Source of the DNA: Nitrospiraceae bacterium
GTDB lineage: Bacteria; Nitrospirota; Nitrospiria; Nitrospirales; UBA2166
Assembly: GCA_002726235.1 (NCBI GenBank)
Contig: PBSN01000025.1
Span: 1-64,000 of the forward strand
Direction: 5' to 3'
Length of the DNA: 64,000 bases
Position numbers and translations under genes: made by a program. Each line of letters starts with the position of its first letter. Positions within the stretch are counted from its first letter, which is position 1. This document shows positions 50,141 to 61,087 of the stretch, in pieces. The notes below the pieces were generated by a model. That model was not told where the DNA came from. It made no database searches and worked only from the letters and a program-made list of their open reading frames with translations.

Positions 50141-51001
50141 ATGAGTAATGTTTTCCTGACAAAACGGGTCGAGTTCTGCGCATCACACCGCTATTACCAG
50201 CCACACTGGTCTGACGAGCAGAATCTGATCACCTTTGGCCACGCGTACAAGCTACATGGACATGGCCATAACTATCTTCTTGAAGTAAGCGTTGGCGGCC
50301 CTGTCAACGCAGTGACGGGAATGGTACTCAACATGTACGATCTCAAGCACATTCTCGAAATCGTTCTCTCTGAATTCGACCACAAGGATCTCGATAGAGA
50401 TACGCCGTATTTCACAACAACAATCGCGACACCCGAAAACCTTGCATTGGTCCTTAGCAAACGGATTGCATCACACCTACAATGGGCGTATCTTGAGCGG
50501 GTTCGCCTCTTTGAAGATGAGGATCTCTATGTCGATTATCCTAACAATAACGGACGTCAGATGAATACCGTTTTCCTCACGCGGCGCTATCATTTTTCAG
50601 CCGCTCATCGGCTTCACACTGATCGCCTTTCACCAGAGAAAAATAAAGAAATTTTTGGGAAGTGCAACAACCCAAATGGACACGGACATAACTACACCAT
50701 TGAAATAACCATTTGCGGCCAACCTCACCAAGATACGGGAACCATTTACAATCTTCCGCACCTCGACCAAGTGGTGAATGATACGATTGTGAAGCGCTTT
50801 GACCATCAACATATCAACTATGATCCCGCGTTCCGTGATACCACCACGACCGGTGAGAACCTCTTGGTGCTGATGTGGGACCTTCTCTCCAAAGAGATCC
50901 CTGTTGAAACGTTATACAAAGTTGGCCTCATCGAAACCAGGGACAACTATTTCGAATATTATGGGCAAATCCCCACCCAGTCGGCTACCTCAGCATCCTA
51001 G
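50141..51001 (+). CDS. Tandem-domain 6-pyruvoyl-tetrahydropterin synthase family (COG0720) protein
   Basis: Two repeats, FCASHR...HGHGHNY and FSAAHRL...FGKCNNPNGHGHNY, each followed by a FDH...T.ENL segment. Confidence 0.88.
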   Translation: MSNVFLTKRVEFCASHRYYQPHWSDEQNLITFGHAYKLHGHGHNYLLEVSVGGPVNAVTGMVLNMYDLKHILEIVLSEFDHKDLDRDTPYFTTTIATPENLALVLSKRIASHLQWAYLERVRLFEDEDLYVDYPNNNGRQMNTVFLTRRYHFSAAHRLHTDRLSPEKNKEIFGKCNNPNGHGHNYTIEITICGQPHQDTGTIYNLPHLDQVVNDTIVKRFDHQHINYDPAFRDTTTTGENLLVLMWDLLSKEIPVETLYKVGLIETRDNYFEYYGQIPTQSATSAS

Positions 51002-51610
51002 ATGTCATCACTCATGGATTCTCTAACGCAAATCACCCTTGACATTCGAACATTAGTTGAGCATTTGCTCATTTCGGTGGGGGAAAACCCCTCCCGCGAG
51101 GGGTTAAAAAAGACCCCGGAACGAGTAGAGAAAGCGTTCCAATTTATGACCAAAGGCTATCAGGAGGACGTCGACGACGTTCTGAACAAAGCCTTATTCC
51201 CAATTGATTACGATGAAATGGTAATCGTCAAAGATATTGATTTCTACAGCCTGTGCGAGCATCATCTTCTCCCGTTTTTTGGGAAATGTCATGTCGCCTA
51301 CATTCCCAACGGAAAAATTGTCGGACTGAGCAAGATTCCTCGGCTTGTTGAGGTCTTCAGCCGCCGGCTACAGGTTCAAGAACGCCTCACCGTGCAAATT
51401 GCTGAAGCCCTAGAAACGCGCCTTCAGCCTCAAGGAGTTGCGGTTGTCGTCGAAGGATTCCACCTCTGCATGATGATGCGAGGAGTACAAAAACAGAATG
51501 CGTACGCCACCACAAGTTCAATGCTTGGGGAATTTCGCAATCAGCAAAAAACACGCGAGGAGTTCTTGCAACTTCTGCGGCACAACGTTCGCCGAGATGT
51601 CAGAGAATAG
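51002..51610 (+). CDS. folE: GTP cyclohydrolase I
   Basis: [42 protein letters not shown]. Confidence 0.97.
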   Translation: MSSLMDSLTQITLDIRTLVEHLLISVGENPSREGLKKTPERVEKAFQFMTKGYQEDVDDVLNKALFPIDYDEMVIVKDIDFYSLCEHHLLPFFGKCHVAYIPNGKIVGLSKIPRLVEVFSRRLQVQERLTVQIAEALETRLQPQGVAVVVEGFHLCMMMRGVQKQNAYATTSSMLGEFRNQQKTREEFLQLLRHNVRRDVRE

Positions 51611-51681
51611 CCGTCGAAGCTTTTTCGCAGACGGGACTGACAGTGACAGCCATCACTTTCAGCCCATGTCAGGAGACAATT

Positions 51682-52332
51682 GTGCGCCCATTTGATGCTG
51701 AGGCACAGCGGCTAAAAGACCGCCTTCTTTCCATGGGGGAACTCGTGGAGAAGCAAATTGTCCACGCAAAACACGCATTGCTAGAATCAGACAAAGCGCT
51801 TGCCAATAAAATTATTGCAAACGACCACAAGGTCAATGCGATGGATGTCGAAATTGATGAGGCTGCTCTTCAACTTTTAGCACTTCATAATCCAACTGCA
51901 CGTGATCTCCGATCAATCACCACGGCGATGAAAATAGCGACGGAACTCGAACGCATAAGCGACCTCGCAGAAAATATTTGCGAACGTGTCATCGAACTAG
52001 CCGATGAACCCAAACTGAAACCATATACTGATATTAGCCAGATGGCAGAGTCATCAATTCATATGGTAAAAGGCTCCCTCCAATCCTTTGTCAATGAAGA
52101 TTCGACACTCGCGCGGCAAGTGTGCGACAACGACGACCTCGTCGACAATCTGACAGAACAAGTCTTCAGGGAACTACTCTCATTTATGCTAGAAGAACCC
52201 AAAAGCATCACACGCGGAATTCGCGTCATGTTTGTGGCCAAGTATATTGAACGCATTGCGGACCATGCAACGAACATTGCGGAATTGGTTGTATATCTTG
52301 TTGAAGGGAAAATTATTCGTCATACAACGTAA
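51682..52332 (+). CDS. phoU: Phosphate signalling complex protein PhoU
   Basis: Two PhoU repeats (P.ARDLR, ELERISDLA.NI; IERIADHATNIAE); GTG 51682 follows AGGAG. Confidence 0.93.
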   Translation: MRPFDAEAQRLKDRLLSMGELVEKQIVHAKHALLESDKALANKIIANDHKVNAMDVEIDEAALQLLALHNPTARDLRSITTAMKIATELERISDLAENICERVIELADEPKLKPYTDISQMAESSIHMVKGSLQSFVNEDSTLARQVCDNDDLVDNLTEQVFRELLSFMLEEPKSITRGIRVMFVAKYIERIADHATNIAELVVYLVEGKIIRHTT

Positions 52333-52351
52333 TGTAATACGGAGAGATAAC

Positions 52352-52807
52352 ATGAAAATTATTCTTCAGGAAGAGGTTGAGAACGTCGGACACATCGGTG
52401 ACATGATTGATGTCTCGAAAGGATTCGCGAGAAACTTTCTCTTGCCCAAAGGAAAAGCGATTGAGGCCACAACTCGCAACCTCAAACAACTTGAACATGC
52501 CAAACGCATGGTGGCAGATAAGGCAAAAAAAGCGAAGGGAGAGAGCGAATCATTCGCCAGAAAATTAGTTGAAACGCCAGTCACTATCACCGTTGCGGCA
52601 GGTCCAGACGGAAAACTTTTTGGATCAGTGTCCGGAAAAGATATTACGGATGCCCTTGCCAAACAGGGCATCGAATTGGATAAACGAAAAATTACCATGG
52701 AGCATCCGCTCAAGGAATTGGGAAGTTTCGTTCTCCCAGTGAAATTGCCCAATGATGTGATGGCCTCATTAACCGTCAACGTCGTCCCAGAAACGCCTGA
52801 GGACTAA
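52352..52807 (+). CDS. rplI: 50S ribosomal protein L9
   Basis: MKIIL..V..G..GD...[20 protein letters not shown]. Confidence 0.97.
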   Translation: MKIILQEEVENVGHIGDMIDVSKGFARNFLLPKGKAIEATTRNLKQLEHAKRMVADKAKKAKGESESFARKLVETPVTITVAAGPDGKLFGSVSGKDITDALAKQGIELDKRKITMEHPLKELGSFVLPVKLPNDVMASLTVNVVPETPED

Positions 52808-52817
52808 CGGATACATT

Positions 52818-54062
52818 ATGACCTCTCTTTCCCACGTTGATGCTGATGTCCATCAAGCGATCATACGGGAAATTGATCGTCAACAACATCGCCTTATCCT
52901 TATTGCATCAGAAAACCTCGCCAGCCAAGCCGTGATGGAAGCGCAAGGCTCCCTAATGACGAACAAATATGCTGAGGGATATCCCGGGCGACGATATTAC
53001 GGGGGATGTGAGAACGTCGACATCGTTGAACGCTTGGCTATCGAACGTGCGAAGCAACTGTTTGGCGCCGACCACGTGAACGTACAACCGCATTCTGGCT
53101 CTTCTGCAAACATGGCCGCCTACCTATCCGTTCTTAAACCAGGTGATCCTATTTTAGGAATGGATCTTCCCAACGGAGGACATCTTACCCACGGGCATCC
53201 TGTCAATTTTTCGGGGATCTTGTTTCAGTCATTCTCGTATGGAGTCGATCGCAACACGCAACTGATTGATTACGATGTGGTGGAACGCATCGCCAAGGAA
53301 TGTAGACCAAAGATGATCGTTGTCGGTGCCAGCGCTTACGCGCAAACCCTTGACTTCAAGCGATTTCGTGCCATCGCAACATCAATCGGTGCCTATCTTC
53401 TTGCCGATATCGCACACATTGCAGGCTTAGTCGCCGCCGGGTTACACCCCAGCCCCATTCCCCACGCTGACTTTGTCACAACGACGACACACAAAACCCT
53501 ACGTGGTCCCCGCGGAGGTATAATCATGTGCCGGCAGGAATTCGCAAAAGCCGTGGACAAAGCCGTTTTCCCGGGATTGCAAGGCGGGCCGCTCATGCAC
53601 GTGATTGCTGCAAAAGCAGTTGCACTGAAGGAAGCGCAATCACAGAATTTTCGAGCGTATCAGCAACAGGTGATTACGAACGCAAAAGTGTTAGCCGGAG
53701 AACTCCGGCAAAGAGGCTATACGATCGTCTCCGGTGATACGGACACCCATCTCTTCCTGGTAGACCTGAGCCCAAAGGGCATTTCTGGAAAAGCTGCCGA
53801 ATTAGCTTTAGATGCCTCAGGAATCACCGTCAACAAAAACACAATCCCGTATGACCCTCAGCCCCCAGCCATCGCCAGTGGAATTCGCCTTGGAACGCCA
53901 ATCGTATCATCTCAAGGGATGGGTCCATCGGAGATGGCACTGATCGCGGCATTGATCGACCGGGTCATTGGGAACCTCAATGATCCCACGATACATGAAA
54001 CCGTCAAATTAGAAATACAATCACTGTGTGGGAAGTTTCCCAATAAGAGGTTGACCACGTGA
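52818..54062 (+). CDS. glyA: Serine hydroxymethyltransferase
   Basis: [41 protein letters not shown]. Confidence 0.98.
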   Translation: MTSLSHVDADVHQAIIREIDRQQHRLILIASENLASQAVMEAQGSLMTNKYAEGYPGRRYYGGCENVDIVERLAIERAKQLFGADHVNVQPHSGSSANMAAYLSVLKPGDPILGMDLPNGGHLTHGHPVNFSGILFQSFSYGVDRNTQLIDYDVVERIAKECRPKMIVVGASAYAQTLDFKRFRAIATSIGAYLLADIAHIAGLVAAGLHPSPIPHADFVTTTTHKTLRGPRGGIIMCRQEFAKAVDKAVFPGLQGGPLMHVIAAKAVALKEAQSQNFRAYQQQVITNAKVLAGELRQRGYTIVSGDTDTHLFLVDLSPKGISGKAAELALDASGITVNKNTIPYDPQPPAIASGIRLGTPIVSSQGMGPSEMALIAALIDRVIGNLNDPTIHETVKLEIQSLCGKFPNKRLTT

Positions 54063-54511
54063 AATGCCCATTTTGCCATCACCTTGATGACCGCGTCGTT
54101 GACTCACGACTCGCCAAGGAAGGAGAAGTTATCCGCCGTCGCCGTGAGTGCCTCAACTGCAAACGAAGAGTCACTACCTACGAACGTTTTGATGACGTTC
54201 TCCCCATGGTAATCAAAAAAGATGGCCGCCGTGAAGCCTACGATCGCCGAAAAGTTATTTCCGGACTTCGTAAAGCCTGCGAGAAAAGGTCCATCAGCCA
54301 CGCGACCATCGAAGGCGTTGCAGACCGCATTGAGAAAAAACTCCAGGAACAAGGAGAATCCGAGATCCCGAGCCAGCCAATTGGGGAATTGGTTATGATC
54401 GAGTTGCATCACCTCGACCCCGTTGCCTACGTTAGGTTTGCTTCAGTCTACCGAGAGTTTAAGGATATCCAAGAATTTTCTGAGACCATCAGAAAACTCT
54501 CAGTAGACTGA
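54059..54511 (+). CDS. nrdR: Transcriptional repressor NrdR
   Basis: MKCPFC...DSR...IRRRREC..C..R.TTYE, ATP cone, [10 protein letters not shown]. Confidence 0.97.
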   Translation: MKCPFCHHLDDRVVDSRLAKEGEVIRRRRECLNCKRRVTTYERFDDVLPMVIKKDGRREAYDRRKVISGLRKACEKRSISHATIEGVADRIEKKLQEQGESEIPSQPIGELVMIELHHLDPVAYVRFASVYREFKDIQEFSETIRKLSVD

Positions 54512-54561
54512 GAAACAAGCACTAAGGACGTAACCCTCTCCACTCATCGAACGTTATCTGC

Positions 54562-55713
54562 ATGACGCCACAACACGTTCAATCTAAAAAACCAGAGCCC
54601 CTCACTAATGTGGCCATTATCGGCTGTGGCAACGGCGGCAAGGCCCTGATGGAGATGTTTGCCGGCGATGCACTGGTTCGCATCGTAGGGATAGCCGAAA
54701 TAAGCCCAACCGCTATGGGCGTACCTCTCGCAAAAAAATTAGGGATTCCGATACGAAAAAACTTCCGCACGATTCTCAATTCCAGCGACATCGACTTAGT
54801 GATCGATGTGTCCGGCAACCCCACCGTCGAAGCTGCATTACTCAACGTCAACCGGCCAGACATGGCTATCATCGGGGGACCGAACGCGAAGTATATGTGG
54901 CAACTGATCGATGCCAGAATCCGTGCGAAGCAAGAAACTGAGCAACAACTGAATAAATACCAGCATCTTGCACGTCTCTATGTAAAAGAGGCAGCTTCTG
55001 CCGTCTCTGAGGAACGTACCCGTATTGCCTGCGACATCCACGACGGCCTGATCCAAACCTTGGTCGGATTGAATTATAAACTTGACTTGTGCCAAGCTCT
55101 TGCAGAACAAGATAGCGCACAATGCCTTGAGGTGCTCACTGAAATCAAAACTCAACTCAGGAGTAGCATTGAGGAGGCTCGCTATGTAATTTTCAACCTG
55201 AGACCGTTGCTCTCAAGTCAACTCGACATGATCCCAGCAGTCAAAAACTACCTAAAGTCATTTGAGGCGCAGGCGCGCATTAAGACTGTCTTTTGGTCTG
55301 AGGGCCATGAACGGGCACTCGGCTCCAAAACGAAAATCTTTCTATTCCGCATCATTCAAGAGTCCCTAAGCAACGTACGCAAACATGCAAAGGCAACCCA
55401 AGTCAAAGTGAGCGTTGACATACAGAATCATCGCGTCCTCACCACCATTGAGGACAATGGAATCGGATTCGACGCTGAGATGGCATTTCAAAATGCCTTC
55501 ACTTGGGATTCATTTGGTTTGAGGGCCATTATCGAGCGGGCACGAATCATCGGCGGCGATGCAACCATCGAATCTCAGCACGGAAATGGAACACGAATTA
55601 CTGTTGAGAGCCCGATCAGCAGACCACGATCGAAAACCTCAACGCGCAGTTCCCTCCCGATGGTCTCCTCAGTAAAACGCGTGTCAAGAATAAAGAAGAA
55701 ACACCGTGGATAG
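54562..55713 (+). CDS. Soluble HisKA_3 sensor kinase with N-terminal Rossmann-fold domain
   Basis: VAIIGCGNGG; H-box ERTRIACDIHDG; QE.LSNV.KHA, DNGIGF, FGL..I.ER...IGG, GT; no TM segment. Confidence 0.88.
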   Translation: MTPQHVQSKKPEPLTNVAIIGCGNGGKALMEMFAGDALVRIVGIAEISPTAMGVPLAKKLGIPIRKNFRTILNSSDIDLVIDVSGNPTVEAALLNVNRPDMAIIGGPNAKYMWQLIDARIRAKQETEQQLNKYQHLARLYVKEAASAVSEERTRIACDIHDGLIQTLVGLNYKLDLCQALAEQDSAQCLEVLTEIKTQLRSSIEEARYVIFNLRPLLSSQLDMIPAVKNYLKSFEAQARIKTVFWSEGHERALGSKTKIFLFRIIQESLSNVRKHAKATQVKVSVDIQNHRVLTTIEDNGIGFDAEMAFQNAFTWDSFGLRAIIERARIIGGDATIESQHGNGTRITVESPISRPRSKTSTRSSLPMVSSVKRVSRIKKKHRG

Positions 55714-56407
55714 CCAGGACATCATTAAAGTCCTCATCGTTGACGATCACCACGTCGTTCGAGAAGGCATTTCTTCAATCCTGAACATCGTGGATGGTAT
55801 CGAGGTATCCGGGGAAGCGAAAGATGGGCGAGAGGCGATTGAACAAGCCAGAGCACTGCTTCCCGACGTCATACTGATTGATATCAGCATGCCTCAGATG
55901 GACGGAGTGATAGCCACACGCGCAATAAAGAGCGAGCACCCTCATATAAGCATCATCGCGCTCACCATGTACGAAGAAGAACAGTACATTTATGACATGA
56001 TCCGTGCCGGCGCAACAGGATACCTCCTGAAAGACACCGATTCATCTGACCTCATCAAAGCTATCCGAGCGGTCTATCGCGGAGACTCCATGATCAATCC
56101 ATCGGTCGCGAGCAAGATATTGTCCGAGTTCTCTCAATTGTCAGAAGAAAAAGGGAAACGGACTCGCGTCGACCACGCCCTCACCGAGCGTGAACTCTCG
56201 GTCATCCGGCTCCTCGCTGAAGGAAAAACAAACAAAGAAATTGCCAATGCCTTAGACCTCAGTGAGAAAACGGTTAAGAATCACGTACGTAATATCTTTC
56301 ACAAGCTTCACGCCTACGATCGCACGCACGCCGCCATGCTGGCCCTTCGAAAAGGCTTAATTGATCTAGACGAACTCGACGTTACGCCATATGACGCTGA
56401 ATCATAG
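55706..56407 (+). CDS. NarL/LuxR-family response regulator
   Basis: VDDH, LIDISMP.MDG, GYLLKD; LT.RE..V..L...G..NKEIA..L..SEKTVKNH HTH. Confidence 0.95.
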   Translation: MDSQDIIKVLIVDDHHVVREGISSILNIVDGIEVSGEAKDGREAIEQARALLPDVILIDISMPQMDGVIATRAIKSEHPHISIIALTMYEEEQYIYDMIRAGATGYLLKDTDSSDLIKAIRAVYRGDSMINPSVASKILSEFSQLSEEKGKRTRVDHALTERELSVIRLLAEGKTNKEIANALDLSEKTVKNHVRNIFHKLHAYDRTHAAMLALRKGLIDLDELDVTPYDAES

Positions 56408-56506
56408 GATCGTGTTCCAAGCGCCTTTTCCCACAATTGTCATTTCGAACTCAACCCTTAGCCATTCAGGAAACAACTATTGAGATTTCTGATCGCATGT
56501 TTGCGT

Positions 56507-58372
56507 TTACGGAAGTTCCTCGAGAACTTCTCTCTGCATAATCTGAATTGCCTGAGTAGCTACAGCTGCAAGGTCAGGGTGGGTTGCCGAGAGGAATCGA
56601 ATTTGCGAAAGATACTCGATGTTCCGGGCTAATAGACGATAAATATCGCCTTCTGCCATGCTCGTCATTCTACAGAGATCAGCCCACGTCATCGTGGGAT
56701 CCCCAATCCAACGCTCCGGAAGAGCCGCAACATCAGCGCGAAGAAGAGGGAGCTCTTCATAGGCCTCAAGTGAGTGTGCCAATCGCCTCACGTGGATAAA
56801 GCGTTCTGCGAGTTCTTGCCTGATCCTTGGAAATACCGCAGGGCGATCATCATCGAAGGCAATGCTTGCCATAACTCCAGCGAGTATCGGAGGATCCATG
56901 CTTTTGAGCACTTCCGTTCGAATGAGTTCTGTCACCAGCAGTGAAGGGTTAATGCGAATATATCTTGCCCATTCACCGGCATCCGTAAGCTCATAGGTAC
57001 TGGTCAGATACCCGAGATGTTGGAGGACATTCATGCGCTTTTGAAACGTTCTCCACAGACCCGTCTGAAGTTGCTGAATGGAGTTGACGTGGTGATGAAG
57101 TTGCGTACGATCAGCATATGCGGTCGTGAATTCTACCCCACATGGTTTTTGCGAGGGACACATCGGACAAGGAAAATGCTCACCTAGAGTATGAAACATG
57201 TCTGGCGTCAGCGTTTCCATCAGGTACGGGTTGATATCTAGCGTGATAGCTGGAATTTGCGGTGCAAGAGGTTGAAGCTTCTTTGGAAGCGCTTGTGACT
57301 GGGCAGGTGCGGCTCCCTTCTCGTACTTTCCTGTGGGGATAGGTACGGTCGCATTGATAATTTTTTTGATCGCTCTTACAGGATACTGGGCAATGGTTCC
57401 GTCAAATCGCATCGCCGTGATCATGGGGGTGTTGTTTCCCCGGGTATAGTACAGGCGCAATACCACGACTCGCCGTTTAGACATCGAGACAACTTGTCCG
57501 GGAGTTAAATAAGGAATTCGCGCGGCAATTTCAGGCGAAGAAGCCCCATGAGGACGAAGTCGCTTGGTGGTGTCAAAGACAGCCTGTTGAAAACTGTGCC
57601 ACTGATGGATCCAATCTACACACGGTCTTGGAGCATAGCTGGAGAGAGAATTTTCCAGTGCATCAATTTTTGTCTGCAGGGCTTCGGCTTTGGCATTGAG
57701 CTGAAATTGCGCGAAGCTTTTATCAAGAATAGTCTGGATGTGGTCTTGAGGGTAGGCTTTGAGAAGATTGAGGACCATGGAATATGAAATTTCGAATTGA
57801 CTGCGCAGTGGCTCAGGACAACCAGTCAGTTTCTCCGCCAATCCGACAAGATCGATATACGGAGAAGGAGTTATGATGGCAAACCCAACCTTGTCCTTGC
57901 TGCGTCTCCCAGCGCGGCCTGCGATTTGTTGAACTTCCCCAACCGTAAGGTCGACAAATCCATGACTTTTTCGAATATTGGATTGCGTAATGATGACTGT
58001 CCGCGCGGGGAAGTCGACACCAGCCGCCAACGTGGTTGTTGCAAAAACCGCATCAAGTGCCCCTTTGCGCATCAGTTCTTCGATCACGATTTTCCATGAT
58101 GGGAGATGCCCCGCATGATGAGCGGCCACGCCACACTGAATTACACACTCACGGAACGGATGATTCTGAATGCTAGGATATGTCAGTGTCCACTGATCAA
58201 TGAGTCTGGCAATTGCTTCCTGTCGTTTCGGCGAAATGGTTTGAGGACCATGAGTAAACGCCTTCACCGCATTGTCGCAGGAGCGACGTGATGTCAAAAA
58301 CACAATCGCGGGAGTCAACTGCTTGGACTTCAGAGTCCGAATCAAATCAATGGGATGAATCGATGGGGGCAT
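56507..58372 (-). CDS. Ski2/HelY-like helicase, C-terminal half only (RecA2, arch, DSHCT-like)
   Basis: PAIVF..SRR.CD, HHAG.LP, AT.TLAAG...PARTV, QIAGRAGRR; no Walker A or DExH motif. Confidence 0.8.
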   Translation of the reverse strand: MPPSIHPIDLIRTLKSKQLTPAIVFLTSRRSCDNAVKAFTHGPQTISPKRQEAIARLIDQWTLTYPSIQNHPFRECVIQCGVAAHHAGHLPSWKIVIEELMRKGALDAVFATTTLAAGVDFPARTVIITQSNIRKSHGFVDLTVGEVQQIAGRAGRRSKDKVGFAIITPSPYIDLVGLAEKLTGCPEPLRSQFEISYSMVLNLLKAYPQDHIQTILDKSFAQFQLNAKAEALQTKIDALENSLSSYAPRPCVDWIHQWHSFQQAVFDTTKRLRPHGASSPEIAARIPYLTPGQVVSMSKRRVVVLRLYYTRGNNTPMITAMRFDGTIAQYPVRAIKKIINATVPIPTGKYEKGAAPAQSQALPKKLQPLAPQIPAITLDINPYLMETLTPDMFHTLGEHFPCPMCPSQKPCGVEFTTAYADRTQLHHHVNSIQQLQTGLWRTFQKRMNVLQHLGYLTSTYELTDAGEWARYIRINPSLLVTELIRTEVLKSMDPPILAGVMASIAFDDDRPAVFPRIRQELAERFIHVRRLAHSLEAYEELPLLRADVAALPERWIGDPTMTWADLCRMTSMAEGDIYRLLARNIEYLSQIRFLSATHPDLAAVATQAIQIMQREVLEELP

Positions 58373-58490
58373 ACAGTTCGATGGCGAAATTTCGTATGGA
58401 TTTCACTGTATCCAAGCACACACAGCTTACCACAGGGAAAAGATTTGGTGAACGCAGCATTGCTTCACCTGAATGCGTTCTATAAAACAG

Positions 58491-58519
58491 TTGACTCACG
58501 GATTGCAAATCTCTATTCT
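58491..58519 (+). promoter_or_regulatory. Putative sigma70 promoter in the helicase-yyaL intergenic region
   Basis: TTGACT-N17-TATTCT. Confidence 0.45.
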
Positions 58520-58895
58520 CAAAGCATGCTCATTTATTGATGATCCTAGGGGCAAAATACATTAGTCGCTCGAGGGTCAGCGATTCCTAGGTATCGCCAT
58601 TCCAAGACTTCACCCTCCCCTACAAATTGAACAGGTGCAAGAGACACAGTAGCAAGATGCACAAAGGCGGAAAAGGGCGAAGTCGCTTTTTTTATGAGCA
58701 AAGACGTTAGATCGTATTGCTATCACTGCTTCAGATATTCATACCGCATTAGGTAAAAATGCTGTCAAAACTCTAATCCGTGATCATCTGAGCAACTTAG
58801 TTCGATAATTCCCGCTACCGTTTTTGACTTTTTTCGACAAATGTTTAGTCCAGCGTTACCACCTCTGTTCTCTCCTGCACATAGAGACATCTCTG

Positions 58896-60935
58896 ATGCG
58901 ACATGAGCATACCAATCGACTGATTGACGAAACGAGTCCATACCTCCTGCAACACGCGCACAATCCCGTTGATTGGTACCCATGGGGAGAAGAAGCGCTT
59001 GCCCGTGCAAAAGTGGAAAACAAACCAATTCTTCTCTCGATTGGCTATTCCGCATGCCACTGGTGTCATGTCATGGAGCGAGAATCATTTGAAAACATCG
59101 AAACCGCCACGCTCATGAATGCCAACTTCATCAATATCAAGGTCGATCGTGAAGAACGTCCAGATCTCGACGATATCTACCAGAAAGCAGTCCAAGCATT
59201 CATCGGGAGAGGAGGGGGATGGCCTCTGACAACATTTTTGACTCCAGATCAAGAACCGTTCTACGGTGGAACCTATTTCCCGCCAACACCCCGATACAAA
59301 ATGCCTGCGTTTCCAGACCTTCTTGCAGGCATTGCTGAGGCCTATCGCGACAAACAAGCTGATGTGCGACAGAACGTTCGGCAAGTAACGGCCGGGCTAC
59401 GTCGTATAGGAACACCGCGACCCTCCGAAGGGCCTCTCGATACTGCTCTCATTGATGATGCGGTCAAGGGTTTCACGTCGTTTTACGAACCAGTCGATGG
59501 AGGATTCGGCACAGGGCCAAAGTTTCCAACAGCTCAACCCTTTCAACTGCTACTTCGACACCACCATCGCACCAAAACGGAAACATCGCTTGAGATGACG
59601 ATCCATTCACTCCGAAAGATTGCGGCCGGTGGGGTCTATGATCACCTCGGAGGAGGCTTCCATCGCTACTCTGTCGATAGCAAGTGGCTGGTGCCACATT
59701 TTGAAAAGATGCTGTACGACAACGCCCAGCTTATCCGGCTCTACCTTGATGGATGGCGCCTAACACAGGCCGTTCGATTCCGCCAGGTCGTTGAAGAAAC
59801 AATCGAATATGTACGTCGTGAAATGATCTCGCCGGAGGGCGGCTTTTATACCGCGCAGGACGCGGACAGCGAAGGGGTCGAAGGAAAATACTTCGTATGG
59901 ACACCGGAAGAAATCAATGCAATTCTTGGCCCTGAACTCGGCGCAGAAATGTGTCGCATCTACAATGTGACTGAGAGCGGGAATTTTGAAGGCTCCGCTA
60001 TTCTCAACCGCATTGCAAGTTCGGATTTTGACGAGAACGAAATGGGCAGGATTGAGGCGTTGCTTGCTCCTGCGAGAACACAATTACGTGAAGCGCGTGA
60101 GCCAAGAAGCAAGCCACAACGCGATGAAAAAATCATCACCGGATGGAACGGTCTGATGATTTCTGGAATGCTGGATGCATATCAGACATTGGACAATCAA
60201 TCCTACCTCACGATGGCTGAGAACGCGCTCAATTTCTTGCTGGCTGAGGCCTATAAGAATGGCCACTTGTATAGGACGGTCACCAAGGGTCAAGGCAAAC
60301 TGAACGGCTACCTTGACGACTATGCGTTCTTGACTGCGGCATTGCTCGATGCGCATGAGTCCACCTTCAACAACACCTATTTAGAGGTTGCTCGAGAACT
60401 CACCTCAGTGATGGTTGAACAATTTTGGGATCCCCAAGTTGGCGGATGCTTCTTTACCGCCAACAACCACGAGACGTTGATTCAACGCATGAAATCCGGA
60501 AGCGACGGGCCGATTCCATCAGGGAACGCCATCGCGGCAATGAATTTCCTTCGCCTCTTTTCGCTGACCGGTGAACAGGCTTATCATGATCGAGCCGAAA
60601 AAACGTTCACTCTTTTTCGCACTGAGATGACCGACAACGGATATGGGAGTGCCGCGATGCTCAATGCGCTGGACTTTTACCTCGAGAAACCCAAAGAAAT
60701 TGTGCTCTTCGGGGATCGCATATCCCAAGAAATGAAAGCCCTCCTAACGAGAATTCACGCCACATATGTTCCAAATAAAGTCTTGATTCTCGTAGATGAT
60801 AAAAATTCCAACACCCTGCCTCCGATCGCCCAGGGGAAAACTACGCTGGATGGAAAACCTACGGTATACGTTTGCCATAACTTTTCCTGCTCTAGGCCAG
60901 TAACGTCATGGGCCAACTTGGAACCGCTTCTCTAA
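58896..60935 (+). CDS. YyaL/SSP411 thioredoxin-domain protein (DUF255)
   Basis: [56 protein letters not shown]. Confidence 0.93.
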   Translation: MRHEHTNRLIDETSPYLLQHAHNPVDWYPWGEEALARAKVENKPILLSIGYSACHWCHVMERESFENIETATLMNANFINIKVDREERPDLDDIYQKAVQAFIGRGGGWPLTTFLTPDQEPFYGGTYFPPTPRYKMPAFPDLLAGIAEAYRDKQADVRQNVRQVTAGLRRIGTPRPSEGPLDTALIDDAVKGFTSFYEPVDGGFGTGPKFPTAQPFQLLLRHHHRTKTETSLEMTIHSLRKIAAGGVYDHLGGGFHRYSVDSKWLVPHFEKMLYDNAQLIRLYLDGWRLTQAVRFRQVVEETIEYVRREMISPEGGFYTAQDADSEGVEGKYFVWTPEEINAILGPELGAEMCRIYNVTESGNFEGSAILNRIASSDFDENEMGRIEALLAPARTQLREAREPRSKPQRDEKIITGWNGLMISGMLDAYQTLDNQSYLTMAENALNFLLAEAYKNGHLYRTVTKGQGKLNGYLDDYAFLTAALLDAHESTFNNTYLEVARELTSVMVEQFWDPQVGGCFFTANNHETLIQRMKSGSDGPIPSGNAIAAMNFLRLFSLTGEQAYHDRAEKTFTLFRTEMTDNGYGSAAMLNALDFYLEKPKEIVLFGDRISQEMKALLTRIHATYVPNKVLILVDDKNSNTLPPIAQGKTTLDGKPTVYVCHNFSCSRPVTSWANLEPLL

Positions 60936-61087
60936 TGCCCCCACCCCTAAGACCTAATAGGTAGGAAAATCACGCCGGGAACATTGGATTTGGGAAAGTC
61001 AACCGCAGGAGTTCCTTTCCGAGTTGAATTCACCACAGGCGGGTGCTATCCTCTGCCCTCTGTCATTTGGTTTGTCACGGAAATGAT

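Noticed and set aside
60936..61087. ZTP or purine riboswitch upstream of purH
   Set aside because: I could not find the conserved ZTP elements (ACUGGCG, GCCUGGG) or a purine aptamer core.
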